A DNA stretch of 64,000 bases. It comes from a virus. This document shows positions 8,323-18,452 of this stretch, piece by piece. The position numbers and the translations under genes were made by a program. Positions within the stretch are counted from its first letter, which is position 1. Every line of letters starts with the position of its first letter. Below the pieces are notes generated by a model. The model worked only from the letters and a program-made list of their open reading frames with translations. It searched no databases and had not been told where the DNA came from. The stretch lies in the IMG/VR virus record IMGVR_UViG_3300042464_001105, positions 24,178 to 88,177 of that record; one strand, written 5' to 3'.

Positions 8323-8407
8323 TTTTTGGGACGTCGTTCGGACAAATTGCATAGTTAGTACTGGAAGAGGCAATCGAGTTTCTTTTTCACTCGAAGAGGG
8401 TTTCCAG

Positions 8408-8605
8408 ATGTTAGATAACTTGCAAGACGCGATTCGCGACAATGCCAAGGCACCCGCCAAGGCGTCAGGTGATGCTGGCAGTGTTGAGCAACATAACCTC
8501 AAGGATCAAATTGAAGCGGACAAATACCTCGCCTCCAAGCGAGCGACCCAAACTAAGAATCGTGGATTGCGATTTAACAAGATCGTGCCACCTGGCGCGG
8601 ACTAA
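8408..8605 (+). CDS. Small head-completion-type protein (gpW position)
   Basis: 65 aa between terminase and lambda-type portal; GAGGG SD. Confidence 0.65.
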   Translation: MLDNLQDAIRDNAKAPAKASGDAGSVEQHNLKDQIEADKYLASKRATQTKNRGLRFNKIVPPGAD

Positions 8606-8660
8606 CTAAGCATCTTCGGAAATAGGCTGTCGGAACAGCGACACTCAAGGAAAGACACGG

Positions 8661-10154
8661 ATGTTCCCATACTTGTCAGGGATCTTTAGCAAAAGACCTC
8701 GTCGGACAGTCCGTCCGTCGCGGGGTGGAAGCTTGTTCCGACAGCCTTTCTCATTCAAACCGCGTGTTGATGCTCGTTATGACGCAGCGGTTACCAACGA
8801 TGACAATCGAAGACATTGGTCGGCCGCTGATGGTTTGTCTGCAAAAACTGCGAACGGGGCCAGCATCCGCCGGACCTTACGCAACCGAGCACGTTATGAA
8901 ATTGCCAACAACAGCTACGCACGTGGCATTTCGCTGACGTTGGCCAATGACATTGTGGGTACCGGTCCTCGTCTACAAATGCTTACCGATGATCCCATTG
9001 CCAATCGCACCATCGAAATGGAGTTCAGTCGCTGGTCCAATGCGGTCGGTCTCGCTGAGAAACTAAGAACGATGAAGTTGGCCTGCTGTGGCGATGGGGA
9101 AGCCTTCGGCATTATGACCAGCAACCCAAGCGTCCAAACACCGGTTCAATTGGACTTGATGCTTGTCGAAGCAGACCAAGTGACCACTCCATTCGGTGTG
9201 AATGGTTTGTCCAACTACATCGATGGTATTCAATTCGACTCCTTCGGGAATCCTGTCTATTACCACGTACTCAAGTCGCATCCAGGTGACACCGGATCTG
9301 CGTGGGGTGAATTCGATATCGTTGCAACCAGTGCGATGTTGCATTTGTTTCGTGTGGATCGGCCTGGCCAAGTACGTGGCATCCCAGAGATCACACCGGC
9401 GCTTCCGTTGTTCGCACAACTTCGGCGATTCACGCTCGCGGTGATTTCTGCCGCCGAAACCGCAGCTGACTTTGCTGGGATTTTGTACACCGACTCCCCC
9501 GCAAATGGTGAAGCCGATGCAGCCGAACCATTTGAACCGATCGAACTAGAGAAGCGAACTCTGGTAACGATGCCTGGCGGATGGAAGATGAGCCAAATTC
9601 ACGCCGAGCAGCCAACGACCTCGTATGCGGAATTCAAACATGAAATCCTCAATGAGATCGCGCGCTGCCTCAACATGCCGTTCAATGTCGCAGCTGGGAA
9701 TTCTTCGGGCTACAATTATGCGAGTGGGCGACTCGATCACCAAACCTACTTCAAATCCATCCGTGTCGATCAGTCGAATATGGCACGTGTGGTGCTCGAT
9801 CGCATTCTATCAGCGTGGCTCAGCGAAGCCATTCTCATTGAAGGCTTACTGCCTCAATCTGTTCGAACAACAGACTTCGACGCCTCGCATCAATGGTTCT
9901 TCGATGGACATGAGCATGTCGATCCATTGAAAGAGGCAAACGCCCAAGCAACACGTCTTTCCAATCATACCACGACTCTGGCATACGAGTATGCGCGACA
10001 AGGTCGTGATTGGGAAGATGCCCTCTTTCAACGAGCCAAGGAATTGGCATTGATGTCTGAGCTTGGCCTTGCATTACCTGGCGCACCGGTGCCTGTACTT
10101 ACCCCCGATGTCAACGAGGAGTCTCTCAGTGACCCAGCTGCTAACGATGAATAG
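8661..10154 (+). CDS. Portal protein, lambda family
   Basis: LRNRARYE..NNSYA, DGEAF, RPGQVRGIP, NYASGRL, HVDPLKEANA. Confidence 0.93.
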   Translation: MFPYLSGIFSKRPRRTVRPSRGGSLFRQPFSFKPRVDARYDAAVTNDDNRRHWSAADGLSAKTANGASIRRTLRNRARYEIANNSYARGISLTLANDIVGTGPRLQMLTDDPIANRTIEMEFSRWSNAVGLAEKLRTMKLACCGDGEAFGIMTSNPSVQTPVQLDLMLVEADQVTTPFGVNGLSNYIDGIQFDSFGNPVYYHVLKSHPGDTGSAWGEFDIVATSAMLHLFRVDRPGQVRGIPEITPALPLFAQLRRFTLAVISAAETAADFAGILYTDSPANGEADAAEPFEPIELEKRTLVTMPGGWKMSQIHAEQPTTSYAEFKHEILNEIARCLNMPFNVAAGNSSGYNYASGRLDHQTYFKSIRVDQSNMARVVLDRILSAWLSEAILIEGLLPQSVRTTDFDASHQWFFDGHEHVDPLKEANAQATRLSNHTTTLAYEYARQGRDWEDALFQRAKELALMSELGLALPGAPVPVLTPDVNEESLSDPAANDE

Positions 10155-12252
10155 TCCACTACCAACCGAGCTCAATATCCTAGCGCAGTCGGAGGACAAG
10201 CTTCTCAATCTGCAAGCCTGCTCGGTTGAATTCGAAGCTGCACCTGCGGACGGCAATGAAACCACCCTTCGTCGCTTTAGCATGACCGCGTACACGGGTG
10301 GCCCGATGCTGTTGAACGGCTGGAGATATCCGGTGGTTGTCGATTTGCAGGGGATGCAGATGGGCAAACAGCGACGGCCGATTTTACTGGACCACATGCG
10401 AGACGTCGATTTCGTAGTGGGACAGACGGATTCTATCGCGGTGATGAACAACTCGCTCATTGTGGCCGGTCAAGTCATGGGCGATTCTCCCAAGGCACGG
10501 CAAGTCATTTCTCTCAACGACAAGGGGTTTGCTTGGCAAGCCTCCATCGGCGCTCGTGCAGACCAAGTGGAATTTGTGGCCGAGGGCAAGTCCACAATGG
10601 TCAATGGCCAGGAAGTCAGTGGTCCCATCAATGTGGCACGACGATCCATGCTAGGCGAGGTTAGCTTTGTTGTGCTGGGTGCAGATGATAATACGAGCGC
10701 ACAAATCGCAGCCTCTCAAGATGCGACCAATATCTCGTCCACCAACGATTCACCCTTGGAAACGCCAACCGCTATCGACGCTTGGCTGGGAGTCCATGGA
10801 TTTGATACTGAAACCTTAACCGCAGCCCAAACCGATGCGCTGAAGCAAATGTTCGCGGTCGCTCACAGCAAGATTGAATCCAACCCACCTGGAGATAGCC
10901 AACCTACGAGCGAGCCTGCGCATTCCGCTACCGATGCCGTGACTGCGCTACGTGCCTCAATGGCTTCAGAACTCAAACGCATCGCCACCATCCGAACGAT
11001 TTGCAAGGAGCGGGACACAGCGATCGAAGCTCGTGCGATCGCCGAGGGATGGGATACCACTCGAACGGAGTTAGAAATCTTGCGAACACAACGCCCACAG
11101 GCACCAGCCATCCAATCCATCGACCGTTCAATCAGCGGTGAAATCCTTGAGGCTGCTTGCATGATTGCTTCACGTCACGGCGACGTTGAAACTCTGTACG
11201 AACCTAAGACGCTCGATGCAGCAAACCGTCGCTTCCGGGGCGGGATCACACTTCAAGAACTTATCCTCGAAGCCGCGTGGGCCAACGGATACACCGGTCG
11301 CAACTTCCGTGACTCGCGGGAAGTACTCCGGTTTGCATTCGCGCCGTCGATTCAAGCGGGACTCTCCACGATTGAAGTCTCTGGGATCCTATCCAATGTT
11401 GCTAACAAGTTTCTACTCGAGGGGTTCTTTTCGGTCGAACGCGTGTGGCGCAACATCTGCGCCGTACGAACTGTCAACGATTTTAAGACCATCAGTAGCT
11501 ATCGACTGATTGGCAAGGATCAGTACGAACTGGTCGCGCCCGGTGGTGAGATCTCTAGCGGAACGCTTGGTGAAGAAAAGTATACCAACAAGGCCGACAC
11601 GTACGGCCTCATGCTAGCCATCGATCGCAGGGATTTTATCAATGATGATCTTGGTGCTATTACGACCGTGCCTCGGAAACTTGGTCGCGGATCGGGGCTC
11701 AAGATCAATGACATCTTCTGGACAACGTTCCTCAACAATGCTGCATTCTTCGCAGCCGGTAACAGAAACTATATCCTCGGAGCCAATACGAATCTGGGCA
11801 TCGATGGATTAACGCTTGGCGAAACGACATTCATGGACCAAGTAGATGCCGACGGCAAGCCAGTTGGAATCATGCCTCAGATCCTGCTTGTACCAACGGC
11901 CATTTCGACCACAGCTGCGCAGCTCTACAAGTCCTTGGAAATGCGCGACAACACGGCCAATTCCAAGACAACCACGAGCAACCCTCACCAAGGCAAGTAT
12001 CGGGTTGAAGTAAGCCGCTACTTGGGCAATGCAACATATGCGGGCGCATCGGGCAGAGCTTGGTACCTGCTCGCGGATCCGAACGACCTGCCTGTGATCG
12101 AAGTCGCTTTCCTCAACGGCCAAGAGTCTCCCACGATTGAAACTGCCGAAGCGGATTTCAACATTCTGGGTGTCAAGATGCGCGGCTATCACGACTTTGG
12201 TGTGGCGCTCCAGGATCCGCGCGGCGGATTGAAGTCCAAGGGCGAAGCGTAG
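10147..12252 (+). CDS. Prohead protease-major capsid fusion (Mu gpT-like capsid domain)
   Basis: AYTGG, ILLDH, WQASIG, EVSFV protease motifs; C-terminal VNDFK, TYG...INDDLG, IEVAFLNG..P, DFG. Confidence 0.88.
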   Translation: MNSPLPTELNILAQSEDKLLNLQACSVEFEAAPADGNETTLRRFSMTAYTGGPMLLNGWRYPVVVDLQGMQMGKQRRPILLDHMRDVDFVVGQTDSIAVMNNSLIVAGQVMGDSPKARQVISLNDKGFAWQASIGARADQVEFVAEGKSTMVNGQEVSGPINVARRSMLGEVSFVVLGADDNTSAQIAASQDATNISSTNDSPLETPTAIDAWLGVHGFDTETLTAAQTDALKQMFAVAHSKIESNPPGDSQPTSEPAHSATDAVTALRASMASELKRIATIRTICKERDTAIEARAIAEGWDTTRTELEILRTQRPQAPAIQSIDRSISGEILEAACMIASRHGDVETLYEPKTLDAANRRFRGGITLQELILEAAWANGYTGRNFRDSREVLRFAFAPSIQAGLSTIEVSGILSNVANKFLLEGFFSVERVWRNICAVRTVNDFKTISSYRLIGKDQYELVAPGGEISSGTLGEEKYTNKADTYGLMLAIDRRDFINDDLGAITTVPRKLGRGSGLKINDIFWTTFLNNAAFFAAGNRNYILGANTNLGIDGLTLGETTFMDQVDADGKPVGIMPQILLVPTAISTTAAQLYKSLEMRDNTANSKTTTSNPHQGKYRVEVSRYLGNATYAGASGRAWYLLADPNDLPVIEVAFLNGQESPTIETAEADFNILGVKMRGYHDFGVALQDPRGGLKSKGEA

Positions 12253-12313
12253 TCGCGATTTAGCCGCGCTCAATTCAAGAAACATCATTACTCGAAAAGA
12301 GGACTCATAACCG

Positions 12314-12661
12314 ATGGCATACGAATATCTCAGGCATGGCGACGCGATCGATTACGCAAACGGAGGTACAGCCATTGCTGCGGGCGAAGTAGTGGTTGCC
12401 AACAGCAAACCGCTGGGCATCGCTATTCGGCCTATTGCAGCCAACGAAACCGCTGGGATTTGTCGAAAGCAAGGCGCCATCTTTCACTGTGACAAAGCGA
12501 GTGCAACAACCTTTGCGGTCGGGGACGATGTTAATTTTGTGACGGCAACGAAGCTTGCCACCAATGCTGTCGTCGGTGCTGGCATTATTGCACTTGGCCG
12601 ATGTGTCGAGGCTGCTGGTAACGGGCCTACCAAGGTCAAGGTTGCTATCAACTTTAACTAG
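12314..12661 (+). CDS. DUF2190-like capsid decoration/cement protein
   Basis: GDAIDY...AGEVVV...GIA..PIAA; directly follows the capsid gene. Confidence 0.8.
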   Translation: MAYEYLRHGDAIDYANGGTAIAAGEVVVANSKPLGIAIRPIAANETAGICRKQGAIFHCDKASATTFAVGDDVNFVTATKLATNAVVGAGIIALGRCVEAAGNGPTKVKVAINFN

Positions 12662-12690
12662 TCAATCCGTCAATGGAGTAGGGAATAGAC

Positions 12691-13311
12691 ATGGTTCGAG
12701 TGGCGAACGAGAAAGAATGGTTGGTGATAGTGCTCTTGTGGATGAGCATGTTTTTCACCGGCTGTGAAGAGCAGCAATGGAGAGAGCTGGCACGTCCCTC
12801 TGTGGAAGTTCCTGCTGCGAACGTGCCACTGGCTCTGCGCCAAAAGAACTGGCCCGACGCGCGCGGATCCGGGTCGTGTGTTATCGCCTCGACCTGTTCA
12901 GCACTTCAGTGGCACAACAAGCCGGAACTGGCTGAACGCTTTCGTAAGTCCTATTCAGGCGGGCAAACGGAGACCAGCATTAAACAAAAATGGGCTGCCA
13001 ACGGAATCAAGTTCATTGCTCCTGAAAGAGATGATGAATATGGCGATCCCGACTTTTTGGAGTGGGCCAGTCGGACGCGCCGAGCAGCAATCATTTGGTA
13101 CTTTCCCAATCATTGCGTGACGTTTTGTGGGTTCTCCCTTTGGCAAGGTCGCGAGGTCGCCTGGTTGCTCGACAACAATCGCAAGGAGCGATTCATTCCC
13201 ATTCCAAAACAACAGTTTCTGACGGAGTGGCGCGGCTATGGAGGCTTCTGTGCAATCCCACTCTTAACGCCAGCCCCGAATCTACCCTTCCAAGCTTACG
13301 AGGTGAACTAA
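12691..13311 (+). CDS. Predicted lipoprotein with papain/C39-like cysteine peptidase motifs
   Basis: Hydrophobic stretch ending FTGC (lipobox-like); GSCVIAS (Cys), NHCVTFCG (His), LLDNN. Confidence 0.6.
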   Translation: MVRVANEKEWLVIVLLWMSMFFTGCEEQQWRELARPSVEVPAANVPLALRQKNWPDARGSGSCVIASTCSALQWHNKPELAERFRKSYSGGQTETSIKQKWAANGIKFIAPERDDEYGDPDFLEWASRTRRAAIIWYFPNHCVTFCGFSLWQGREVAWLLDNNRKERFIPIPKQQFLTEWRGYGGFCAIPLLTPAPNLPFQAYEVN

Positions 13312-14036
13312 TGTCCAGAGCAATTGTTGTATCGGTCTCCGTTGGAACGGGCCTGTTCATTGGGTGCTTGGTCTTGATGCTCTGCGTAGCGATTGGTGCC
13401 ACGCTTTGCATCGATAGCACAGAGCCTACGATGGCACCGGCCATCTTCAAGCCAAATTCGGGAGCGATCGGAGACACTGAAAGAGCTATCAACGATTTGA
13501 AATATGGTCCCGTCAATCTGGATGCAGCAAAAGAAATCAAAAATGGCTTGTTTGCAAGGATTCGCGACACTCGGCAATCGAGGATCTGTAACCCAGTCCC
13601 ACAGCAAGCATGCGTTCCTGTTCAAGACACAAGGGTGATAGAGCCTCAGCCGTATGTGATCCAAGCAACTGGTATCGAATCGCCATCAGACCCTTTGAAG
13701 GAATATCCCGCGATCAATCCGCTCGAGCCCCAGAGCGGAGATTGTCCAACCTGTCCCCCCTCTGTGGAAATTGAAAAGCTCTTTCGGAAGAAAGTCTCTC
13801 CCCGATCGGAGAACAAGACAGGGGCATTCATTTGTTCGCGTTGCAGGAAGTCGCATGTGGGTGAGGAGTGGCATACGGATTGGGCTGCGGACGGTACGCC
13901 CATCACCTTCCTCTGCGAAGGCTGCTATTCACGCATGAGCTCACAGCAGCGGATTGAAGCGTACAAGGCCTACGCTTCACGTCAAACGACGAAGAATGGT
14001 CGTGCTGCACTCTTACACCAGGAAATCGGCGAATAA
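13311..14036 (+). CDS. Membrane-anchored hypothetical protein with C-terminal Zn-ribbon-like CxxC pairs
   Basis: TAATG overlap with upstream gene; N-terminal TM; CSRC...CEGC. Confidence 0.65.
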   Translation: MSRAIVVSVSVGTGLFIGCLVLMLCVAIGATLCIDSTEPTMAPAIFKPNSGAIGDTERAINDLKYGPVNLDAAKEIKNGLFARIRDTRQSRICNPVPQQACVPVQDTRVIEPQPYVIQATGIESPSDPLKEYPAINPLEPQSGDCPTCPPSVEIEKLFRKKVSPRSENKTGAFICSRCRKSHVGEEWHTDWAADGTPITFLCEGCYSRMSSQQRIEAYKAYASRQTTKNGRAALLHQEIGE

Positions 14037-14710
14037 TGAAAACTCCATTATCGATACTCATCGCACTCTGTGGATGTGCTTCGCTCGCTGCGGCTGCCGA
14101 TCTTCCGGCCAATGACGCTGGCAAAAATCAGCTCATTGTTGTTGGCCAACCAGGTGAAGCGCCCGCGAAATGGTTCAATGAAGTCACGGAGCTGGTTCAA
14201 GTAAAGAATGCGGTATCTTTCACGCTGTTCACTCCGACTTCCAAGCTCTTTCGAGAACGATATCAGTCTACGCTTGGTACTGACTTTCCAATCGTTGCGT
14301 ATCTTCGGTCGGATGGTGGGGTCGTGTATTTTGCGGACCGCAACACATTACCATCCAATGGCGCCAATTTGTTTCAAGAAATGAAGGCGGCAGCATTTCT
14401 CGCCAAGAATGCTCGGCCATCGACGCGACTCCCTGTGGAAATGGAAGTGCCAAGTGTACTCCAAGCCGATTGCCTGGATGGAAATTGCTATCCCGACCAA
14501 ACTGCAGAGCAAGAACCACGCTTCCCTCGGCTGAATCCGTTCAAGCAACCGGCGAACAATCCACTCGACAACATAGTAACTGGCTGGTTTAGCGACTCGA
14601 TTTCGTCCGGTATTTGGCTGGTGTTCTCGGTCATCGCACTTGGCTTCGTGCTGTTCTTCTTTGTGTTGTTGGTCGGTGCAATGCTTCTCGTCCGCAATCT
14701 TTGGAGGTAG
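14036..14710 (+). CDS. Exported hypothetical protein with C-terminal TM helix
   Basis: TAATG overlap; signal peptide; C-terminal hydrophobic helix. Confidence 0.7.
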   Translation: MKTPLSILIALCGCASLAAAADLPANDAGKNQLIVVGQPGEAPAKWFNEVTELVQVKNAVSFTLFTPTSKLFRERYQSTLGTDFPIVAYLRSDGGVVYFADRNTLPSNGANLFQEMKAAAFLAKNARPSTRLPVEMEVPSVLQADCLDGNCYPDQTAEQEPRFPRLNPFKQPANNPLDNIVTGWFSDSISSGIWLVFSVIALGFVLFFFVLLVGAMLLVRNLWR

Positions 14711-14779
14711 AGATATTCAGCCTCTTGATTGGTCTATTGGTCTCCTCACCCTCCTACTCAAACTACTTAGGTAAATCAC

Positions 14780-15040
14780 ATGGGAACAAGCTTTATTAGC
14801 ACTCTATTCGTGGGAATCACCGTATTGGTCGTATTGATGATTCTCCTGTTGGTTCTGTTGTTTGTCGGAGTCGGCGCGTACCGATTGATCTCTGCCAAAA
14901 GAGAGCGTTCGACAATCGACTTATCCGATGGGCTAGACGAATCGGAGATTCAAATCATCCGCAACGCACTACTGAAGAAGCAGACGGCGGACAAGGAAGC
15001 GGCAGTTAAAGCCAAGGTTGCCGAAGTCGTCAAGTCGTAG
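14780..15040 (+). CDS. Small single-TM membrane protein
   Basis: Long N-terminal hydrophobic helix with charged tail. Confidence 0.65.
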   Translation: MGTSFISTLFVGITVLVVLMILLLVLLFVGVGAYRLISAKRERSTIDLSDGLDESEIQIIRNALLKKQTADKEAAVKAKVAEVVKS

Positions 15041-15052
15041 AGGGTGTTGCAA

Positions 15053-15439
15053 ATGACAAATATGCTCGAGCAAGGCAGCCAATGGCTGAGCGATCAGATC
15101 GACCAGTACGCTGCGTCAAGCGTTCTGTATCGACGTGGCTCGCTGACGGTCCCAGTTCAAGCGGGCAAGGGACGAACGACGTTCGAGCTAACCGATACGA
15201 GCGGAATTCTCATTTCTATCGAGTCGAGGGACTTTTTGATTTCGGCTGCCAACCTTTTGCTTGACGATACCCCAGCCCTGCCGGAAGTCGGAGATCGCAT
15301 TATTGAAACAATCGGCGGAGAACTGCACGCATTCGAGGTCAGTAATTTCGGCGTCGAGCAACCGTATCGATTCTGCGATCCGTACCGACACAAGCTGCGA
15401 ATTCACACACGCTATATCGGAGTGATTGTCAGCTTATGA
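15053..15439 (+). CDS. Head-tail adaptor/closure protein
   Basis: Size and position; ESRDFLI...PEVGDRI...LRIHT. Confidence 0.65.
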   Translation: MTNMLEQGSQWLSDQIDQYAASSVLYRRGSLTVPVQAGKGRTTFELTDTSGILISIESRDFLISAANLLLDDTPALPEVGDRIIETIGGELHAFEVSNFGVEQPYRFCDPYRHKLRIHTRYIGVIVSL

Positions 15440-18438
15440 GCGCTCCCGTGATTCCAGGCGTGCCAATAGATGGTCTTAAACCAGCGGATTTGCTGTGGGC
15501 AAGCATCCTTAGCAAGCCTCTGCTTTTTCCACCGAGTCCGCATTCCCATGGTAGTGCCGATCTACCTGTAACCGTAGCTCGCATCGATCTGTCGAACACG
15601 TTTACTCAGAACCAGCTGTTTCATGGCAACGCAGAAGTAGCCGGATTGCTAAGTGTCAAAGGCACAGACTACACCACCAGAGCAACTATTAACGGCAACA
15701 CTGGTGCTTTTGAAATCAATGCAGGCGATTACCAAGTCAAACTTCATGGAGACGCCAACGGTCCAATCCTCCAAAGTTTTGCATCAAAGCCCCTACAAAT
15801 CAACCCACTCGGAAACGACACTGTATTCCCGTCTTGGTATTGGATTCGAGATTCCTACAATCGAATCATGTTTGCTGGGGGTTCATCTACTTATTTAGCT
15901 GGACAAGGTACTTACCCTGTTATTCACCGAAATGCTTCTGGGCAAGATGTGTTTCGAAACCAAGACAACGGAGACCAACTACTTCGTGGTAGTCTTTTGA
16001 TTAGCTCTGGCACCAGTGATCCTAGTGGTTCCACAGCAACTCCCGCAAAAGCTTTTGTAGATTTCCGAAGTGGGGGTTGGACTTATTCGGCTGGTAGAAT
16101 TGAAGGAAGAACGTACGCTGCAAACCTCATTTATGGCGATCTGGTTCTGTCGGCCAATCCTTCCATATTGATTACAGACGGTAGTAACCTTTCAAACGAC
16201 TTAGCGATTCGTGGAAATACTGGCAATGTTGAACTTAGCCGTGCTACTCGTCTCACGTTCCTAGGTCCAAATTCTGGTTATCGCACTGCAATTGAAAACA
16301 ATTGGGACTCTGGTAGAGCTTTTGCGATTACGGCAGGTGGATACGATGTAATCAAATGCTCCTCAGATGTGTACAACTCGTTGACCATAGGACATTCGGG
16401 AACACAAAACGTAAACTTTCCAGGAGTTAGTACGACCTTTGCCGGTACTGGGGCGTTTAATGGGCTGATAGCCCATTCCATGCCTGGAGGTTCGATCTCT
16501 TCTCCATCTCGTTCTAGGCTGGATTTCTGGAGCGGTAACTACTCGTATCGTACTGGAGCGATCTATACCGAAAGCTACGCAAACGACAGTCTAGCCACAA
16601 ATATGTTCTTGTGTGCTAACCCCAACCTTCTCAACCCACCTACGCCTAATATCACGATTGCAGGGGCAACGGGTAACGTAACGTTTTCAAACGGGGCAAC
16701 GTTTTCCGGTACTGTAAGACTTCCAACCGGAACGTGGCACACGAGTACAGAGTCTACACCAAAACAACGGCTTTTCTTTAGCGTAGATGCAACCAGTTAC
16801 TATCAAGGACATGGATCATTTCCACACATATTTAGAAATGGTGCAGGTACTGATCGTTTAACCATCCGAGACAGCGGTACTACGCTTATAGACGGACCAA
16901 TGTTTGTTGGTTCTGGGACTGGTAGCGATGGAAGACGACTGATATCCCCGAACTATGATGGGTCAGCAAATGGACATTTCGCATCTGGCTTAGTAGCTGA
17001 ACGAGGATCTATAGCTATTGGGCTTGCCTGGGGCATGTATCAAGATAACACAACCAGTTGGTTGTCTGGATGGGACTATGGTGCTTTATCTAGAACTGCC
17101 TTGTTGAACGACTTCGCAGGATTACGGTACATAACTACAGACGCAACCACTGCTGCCCCAGGATCGGTACTACCTTCGCAACCAACAACAAAGTTTAGCG
17201 TATCACCAACAGGTGCACTTACGACTACTGGTCCTGCGGTGTTTGGCGGAACCATGGCCTGCCAGTATGGCATGACCATAACCGAACTCGGCACCTCCAC
17301 AATGCAATGGTTGCTTTATAAGAATGCGGGCGTAGGACAACCACTGTATATCCGAGATATGGTCAACAGTCATAACCATGTGATCATCTACCCTGGAGCT
17401 ACATCATACGCCTCCACTGTTGGTTTTGAATCTCATGTCGTTGTGAATCAAGGCTTACAAGTAGCTTCAAACGCTTCCCACATTGGTTTTGATGCGGGAC
17501 CCAATAACTATCTTGGAGGAATCACGTACTTTAGACCGTCAATAGGCGGAGCTATTACTGCATCGATAGACGGAACGACAGGAATTGCTGCATTTGGAGG
17601 ACAAGCCATAGCTGACAGTCTGGCAGTTACTACCTCAGCTAGGATAGGAGCTGGAGCACTCGGCGGATTGTTGTACTTCGGCAATGGAAGTAATTGGATC
17701 TTTCAGGACTCCAATAGTTTCCACATCGATAGCAATGGTGGAGGAGTTCAATTTCGCAATGCCTTAACGGCACTCCCATATTTTCGTGTTACCGCAGCAG
17801 GGCACGTAACTACCTGGGGAGCTATAGACTCAACGGGTAGCGTCAACTCGAATCGCTCACTCAGCCTGGGTAACGATAACCTTGGTGCAGAAACCATCAC
17901 CTTTGTAGGAGTAATTCCCGCCTATCGTACGGTCATCGAAAACAACTGGAACTCGGATCGATCGTTTGCAATCACCAATGGTGGGTACGATGTCTTTAAG
18001 TGTTCCAATGGTGGCTACACTAGCATCACTATCGGAAGTGATATTACGCAAAGTACGATCATCAAGGGTAATCCTCAAGCAGTCGGATTCACTGCTATTG
18101 AACCCGGCAAAGGTGCAGCAGCAATAGCAGCAGGTGGGTTCTCCGGTACAGGATTCTTTGCTTGGTTTAAGCCTGGCGGTACTAGGCAAGGCTATGTTGG
18201 ATTTGATTCTGGTGAAAACATCGGATTCGTCAATGAGCGAAGTGGTGGCATATTCACCTTCAATGCCGCGGTAAATGTTGCCAGTTATGTGACTTCCAGT
18301 TTTCAATCCTTGTCTGCCGATCCGACGACCCTAGACCTCACCGCAGGTCAATCACGACTCGTGAAAAACACGACATCAGGTTTATTACGTTTGTGGGCCA
18401 ATGATGGTGGCACCATAAAATCTGTGACACTTACTTAA
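15436..18438 (+). CDS. Fibre-like virion protein (1000 aa, G/S/T/N-rich, internally repeated modules)
   Basis: Composition; N-terminal ILSKP.LFPPS.HSH fibre motif; NTFTQNQ; internal duplication; C-terminal LWANDGGTIK. Confidence 0.75.
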   Translation: MSAPVIPGVPIDGLKPADLLWASILSKPLLFPPSPHSHGSADLPVTVARIDLSNTFTQNQLFHGNAEVAGLLSVKGTDYTTRATINGNTGAFEINAGDYQVKLHGDANGPILQSFASKPLQINPLGNDTVFPSWYWIRDSYNRIMFAGGSSTYLAGQGTYPVIHRNASGQDVFRNQDNGDQLLRGSLLISSGTSDPSGSTATPAKAFVDFRSGGWTYSAGRIEGRTYAANLIYGDLVLSANPSILITDGSNLSNDLAIRGNTGNVELSRATRLTFLGPNSGYRTAIENNWDSGRAFAITAGGYDVIKCSSDVYNSLTIGHSGTQNVNFPGVSTTFAGTGAFNGLIAHSMPGGSISSPSRSRLDFWSGNYSYRTGAIYTESYANDSLATNMFLCANPNLLNPPTPNITIAGATGNVTFSNGATFSGTVRLPTGTWHTSTESTPKQRLFFSVDATSYYQGHGSFPHIFRNGAGTDRLTIRDSGTTLIDGPMFVGSGTGSDGRRLISPNYDGSANGHFASGLVAERGSIAIGLAWGMYQDNTTSWLSGWDYGALSRTALLNDFAGLRYITTDATTAAPGSVLPSQPTTKFSVSPTGALTTTGPAVFGGTMACQYGMTITELGTSTMQWLLYKNAGVGQPLYIRDMVNSHNHVIIYPGATSYASTVGFESHVVVNQGLQVASNASHIGFDAGPNNYLGGITYFRPSIGGAITASIDGTTGIAAFGGQAIADSLAVTTSARIGAGALGGLLYFGNGSNWIFQDSNSFHIDSNGGGVQFRNALTALPYFRVTAAGHVTTWGAIDSTGSVNSNRSLSLGNDNLGAETITFVGVIPAYRTVIENNWNSDRSFAITNGGYDVFKCSNGGYTSITIGSDITQSTIIKGNPQAVGFTAIEPGKGAAAIAAGGFSGTGFFAWFKPGGTRQGYVGFDSGENIGFVNERSGGIFTFNAAVNVASYVTSSFQSLSADPTTLDLTAGQSRLVKNTTSGLLRLWANDGGTIKSVTLT

Positions 18439-18452
18439 CAGCAGGATAATCC

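Noticed and set aside
15436-18438. Diversity-generating retroelement target (duplicated fibre segments)
   Set aside because: No reverse transcriptase in the window; both copies are coding and the differences are not adenine-specific.
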